Shown: piece by piece, positions 59,760-64,000 of the stretch | How the letters are laid out: the number at the start of each line of letters is the position of its first letter | Position numbering within the stretch: the stretch's first letter is position 1 | DNA from: Oopsacas minuta | Lineage: Eukaryota > Animalia > Porifera | DNA: 64,000 bases | NCBI GenBank assembly: GCA_024704765.1 | Contig: JAKMXF010000110.1 | Span: 248,001-312,000 of the forward strand | Reading direction: 5' to 3' | The notes under the pieces: generated by a model | The model's input: the letters and a program-made list of their open reading frames with translations, nothing else | Databases searched by the model: none | Told to the model about the DNA's origin: nothing | Made by a program: the position numbers and the translations under genes

Positions 59760-61735
59760 CAGATTATTTGTTCAATCTTCTACTAACTACATATCACTTG
59801 GTTTGATAGGTAGATACCATCTGTGTATGGAGACTGCTGTTAGCTGGACTGTAGTTATTTGGTTTTTTGACTATTCTCTTCTGAATTGGTAGTATTTGAT
59901 CGCATTATAATTTGTGAATACAGATTTTATGAGCTGCACAGCGAATATAACTAGTGTGTTAATTACAATCTAATGTAGATAGCAGTTCTAATATATTGGA
60001 ATTTTATCATCAAGGAAGTGAAATTCATTGTTCCTTATTTTATACATTATAATCGAAGTCACCACAAATATATCTTTATAACTAATTTATTACCCAAATC
60101 AGTGATAAATTATTCATATTAACTTTCTCAGAAATATTACTTTAATGATTATAATCCTAACTCTTAAGCATGTGGATTATAATCATAAGCATGTAATATA
60201 CGTTTTAAATGCTTAGTAGATGATCATCTGATCGACTTGTCGGCTACAAGTCTGTATCATTATCAGAAACCTATCTTTGAGTTTCTGTGCATCTTCCACA
60301 GCAAATATATGTATAAAAATCTAAAATGTACGAATCCGAGTTCTACTGTACAACACATGGGCTAGGTCACGAAAATCATCTTATTTGGGTATTGCTTGAT
60401 GAAATATTTTGACTATATGATCATCGCATTGACTAACGCTTACACATCATAAATACAGTAGTTTAATATTTCTGCAAATTTATTGTTTATATTCGCATAC
60501 AGCTGGGAATTTTTATCAGAAAAATTGTGCTATTGGATAGTTACTTAAATGGTTATGACACCTGTCTTTAAATCATAATTCAATTTGTTTACTTACGAGG
60601 TTTATTGAGTAAGTTTCTAAGAAATTTGGTTATCTTTTTGCATCTAAGTAATTTACTTGATGTTATTCACATTAAGAAATAATTAATTGAATTTGCATAG
60701 CTGAAAGGAGTTAATTTTATTGTAACTAACTGCTCATTTTCACAAGTATTGCTAATGTAATAATACTTTATATGTACAATTGTTATCAAAAGAATGTATC
60801 TTGGAATTGCCAAATTCAATCGTTCGTTCATTCTTGTACTTTAATACTCATAAATTCAAACTGTGAGTATTAATGTACACAAAATTCTATAATTTTATAT
60901 TGAATATTTTCCTATTAATTGGGTGTTAATTTTGAAAATCAAGAAATCAGGAAATGGATCAAACAAGTCATAGTACCTTAAGCTAGCTAAGTAATATATA
61001 TTTTTATCGTGTAGAGTCACTTGATTCGATTAAAATCACAACTCAATTATTCATTAATTTACCTACAATTACTCTTTCTACAAAACAGGCCTCCTTCTTC
61101 TTATAGTTATGCTAATTAACTGGATAAGAGTATTTTACATTTTAACATACACATGATCTTTAGCTCACCTGCGCATACAATTATACGTAATAATATTTAT
61201 ATGTCTATTTACCTGTATATATTAAATACTTCATATTAACGCCACTACCTTTTAAGATTTATAGACTCCCTGCTAAATATTTATAAAAGCTGTGTATTAT
61301 TTGTATATTAATTAACAATTCACCAATCATATCGCGTGCCTTATATATTACACAGCGTTAAGTTGGATAAATTACTTAACATTAGCAATAGAAATTGTAG
61401 TTTTTGGTAGATTTGAGATTCAAGTTGATTACAATAGAACCGGGATTAAGCGTTCTTCTTCTTTCAAACAAAATATTTAGAGATTATTCCCCATTCATTT
61501 TTCTACTCCCTATTCGGATAAAACTCACTCGGATTTTCCTGATAATCTTTGTTTTCAGATGGTGACGTCTTATCTGAATTTTACTATACTAAATTAAAAT
61601 CCATAAATGGACTTGTAAACGGAAAATGAGCAAATTCTCCTACCTAGGGATACATGATAATTATCTCTATTTGTTTTCGAGAGTCTCATTATACTAATAT
61701 TTACATTAGCTTGTATATACTGAACATAGTTAGTA

Positions 61736-63156
61736 ATGCCACAGAAAAAATCAATTCCTCAACAGTTAAGCAGTCTTATCAAGAACATTGAGAAGACATC
61801 GAATGGACAAGCAAGTGTAGATCTCAAAATGCTTTCTGAGACAGATAACCCAGAATGTATATTCATTCATATTTGTCCTAAAGAAGGCCCTTATAAGTAT
61901 GGAACGTTTGTGTTTGAAATACAGCTTGGAAATGGATACCCAATCAATCCACCAGCTGTCTCTTGTCATACTTCTGTCTATCATCCTAATATTGACTTTG
62001 ATGTAAGTGCTGTAGGTTAGTATTAGTTATCAATTTGGTAATTTGGTAATTCAATGTATCTTCTTCAAAGTTATGGCATCAATATCTGTAACTCCACAAA
62101 CCGTTGCAATGGATTGACCGAAAATATTTTAACAAATTGACCTTTTATCAACAATGTATAATACCTCATAAATTCTAAGGTATGCTTGTCAATGCTAGAC
62201 GAATGGACTGGAGATATGGATCTGGAAGATATCGTTATGGGACTACTATTCTTAATGCAGAATCCACAAATTGATGATCCCCTGAATCTAAATTTTAGAG
62301 GAGATGAAAAGTACCCAGATTTTGTCCGTAAGGTATGTACATAGCTGATGATTTAAAATTTTAATTAATGTATTCTATGAACAGTAAAATGTAAATACTG
62401 CTTACGCAGTATTTACTTATACCTCATTTTTCATAGATTCATATTTTATTCTTACAAGCAATTTACTTTTTGCTTGTACAATTTGATCAGATGTTTGATT
62501 GTAAAATTTCTAAGACAAGTTGTACTTCGGATCATTCTAGGCTCAATTAATTACAATCGCCCGATCTGTAAATTTTTGTCAAAAATTATCCTATTTGTGT
62601 AACAGGAAAATTAGAGATCTAAATTTGAGTTATTAATTGGTTAGTTTGCTTCTGGCTGACTTTCAATCAGATGACTAATAATATGTTTGCTAATCCAAAT
62701 TAAATATATTTCGTCTTGTATAGATTACCGTATGCGCTAACAATGATTTGTCAGTTTCATTATAATAATGATGTCATCACATAATTAATTATAATATTAA
62801 CATTCCAGGTACGCAAGTCCCTAAAGGGACAACTCAAAGATTCATCTGGTCATGTTTTCGAACGAAATTGGCACAAACCAGAGAATTCTACTCCTTCAGA
62901 TTCTGAGAGCGAAGAACTTGTTTCGTTCTCACCTACTTCACTCCCTTCAACTCCAATTATGTTTGACAATTCTGGTGAATATCGTGCTATTGATAGCTCT
63001 AGACACGGACATGATTCAAATAATTTACTGGATTATGATGGAAGAAATGCTGCAACTGTCACGTTAAATACCGCAATAAATATTGCTATCCTTGGAGTGG
63101 TAACTGTGTGTGTCTCAACTTTCATAATTTATAAATGTTTAAAGAAAGGTTTGTAA
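61736..63156 (+). CDS. Ubc12/UBE2M-like E2 conjugating enzyme with Ser/Pro linker and C-terminal transmembrane tail
   Basis: Exons 61736-62002 (or 62011), 62180-62332, 62809-63156, all phase 0. [23 protein letters not shown]...YHPNID; active-site VCLSML; DPLN; FVRKVRKSLKG..FERN parallels UBE2M FEQNVQRSMRG..FER. Ends with [27 protein letters not shown]. Confidence 0.82.
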
Positions 63157-64000
63157 TTGATTTCCAATATCAGAATTGAAATTGGACAATTCAATTTCTT
63201 AGAATTTATTTGATTAGTGAATTTTACAAAATCTCTTACGTTATGTTTTTATTGTTTAATGGAATAAGCTTGTATATATGAAATGTCCAGCCGACCGGCT
63301 GGGATTGCAGTCGTAGTTGGGCTTGTGGATCATTTTCATACCAAAATGCTAGACTTTAATGAAAACTTCTTTTATCACATGATTTATTTGTTGGTTCATG
63401 TTTTCTCTTTAGTGGAGTTTATATAGGGAGATGCCCTAATAAACATAAAATTCCTGCAGTCTACTCTTAGTCGTAGGTATATAAATCCACCTTGTTTTGT
63501 GAAATCTAACATTGTGCACTAATTTCGATCTTTTTGGCCATAACAGGTAGAAATGGTTCCCTTCTGAGCTAATATTACTCGATACGTAATAGATTATTGT
63601 CCATATAGAAAATGATATCATCAGAATTCCAAATATGCTCCTACATTGACTTAATGAACCTCTTACGATATACATAATTATATATTTCTTTTGTGATATT
63701 TAATTACATGCATTGAGGGTATAGTCTAATGATATTCAACATTATTGACATTCTATTCTAGTCAGGTTTGTTGAACTAACGGGAAATACATTTGTTCCAT
63801 TCCATAATTGGATTAAATAAGTACGTACATCATGTTGGAGGGATTAATTAATGAGTAGCTGAACACAATTCTTGAACTTTACCTTATCGCGAAAGTATAA
63901 AATTTCGTGAAACTTTAAATATTTAACCAGCTGGAACAGACCACATGCTTAAACATTTTTCTGTACTCATAATTCTATGAAAGTATATTTCAACATAACA

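Noticed and set aside
61565-61580. 15-nt identity (ACGTCTTATCTGAAT) with the LRR tail at ~37990
   Set aside because: A match this long is expected by chance in 64 kb of AT-rich double-stranded sequence.
678-63156. A ubiquitin-pathway gene cluster (PY adaptor, HOIP, E2)
   Set aside because: The genes are tens of kb apart among unrelated housekeeping genes; there is no evidence for functional clustering in an animal genome.
1-64000. CRISPR array from recurring ~25-bp GTTATATCGA/CTTCGATATAAC motifs
   Set aside because: The motifs are dispersed, occur as inverted pairs with TA flanks (MITE termini), and are not regularly spaced direct repeats; there are no cas genes.

Overview
AT-rich, compact, intron-containing animal genomic DNA, not prokaryotic. 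GT-AG splicing can be followed by eye, and the genes are of animal-type families (parvin, FRS2, ARID2, HOIP/RNF31, CCM2-type PTB). Style and gene content are consistent with a non-bilaterian such as a glass sponge (inference, unverified). Most ORF-track entries are single exons or antisense shadows, so I reconstructed spliced genes manually. Left to right: QRICH2/C16orf96-like gene (-, runs off the left edge) with a nested antisense PY-motif membrane ORF; a CCM2-like PTB + proline-rich + 2xWH2 + espin/phostensin-like-tail gene; PFDN1; DUF4787; a GC-rich structured island; a 13-exon tandem AAA+ ATPase resembling the bacterial Afp15/Pvc15 family; RNF31/HOIP; TBC1D19; parvin; an IQ-motif protein; a 73-aa TM microprotein; tRNA-Thr(CGT); a myristoylated RNI-type LRR gene; FRS2; a coiled-coil+NHL protein; a syntaxin-1-like Qa-SNARE; ARID2; and a Ubc12/UBE2M-like E2 with a C-terminal transmembrane tail. 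Several TA-flanked MITE families account for most of the long introns I resolved, and a 913-bp element with ~342-bp perfect inverted arms is nested in a MITE inside a HOIP intron. Best novelty candidates: the PTB-WH2-WH2-espin-like fusion, the tail-anchored Ubc12-like E2, the spliced Afp15-like double AAA, and the structured GC island. No database searches were run; family calls come from motif recognition.
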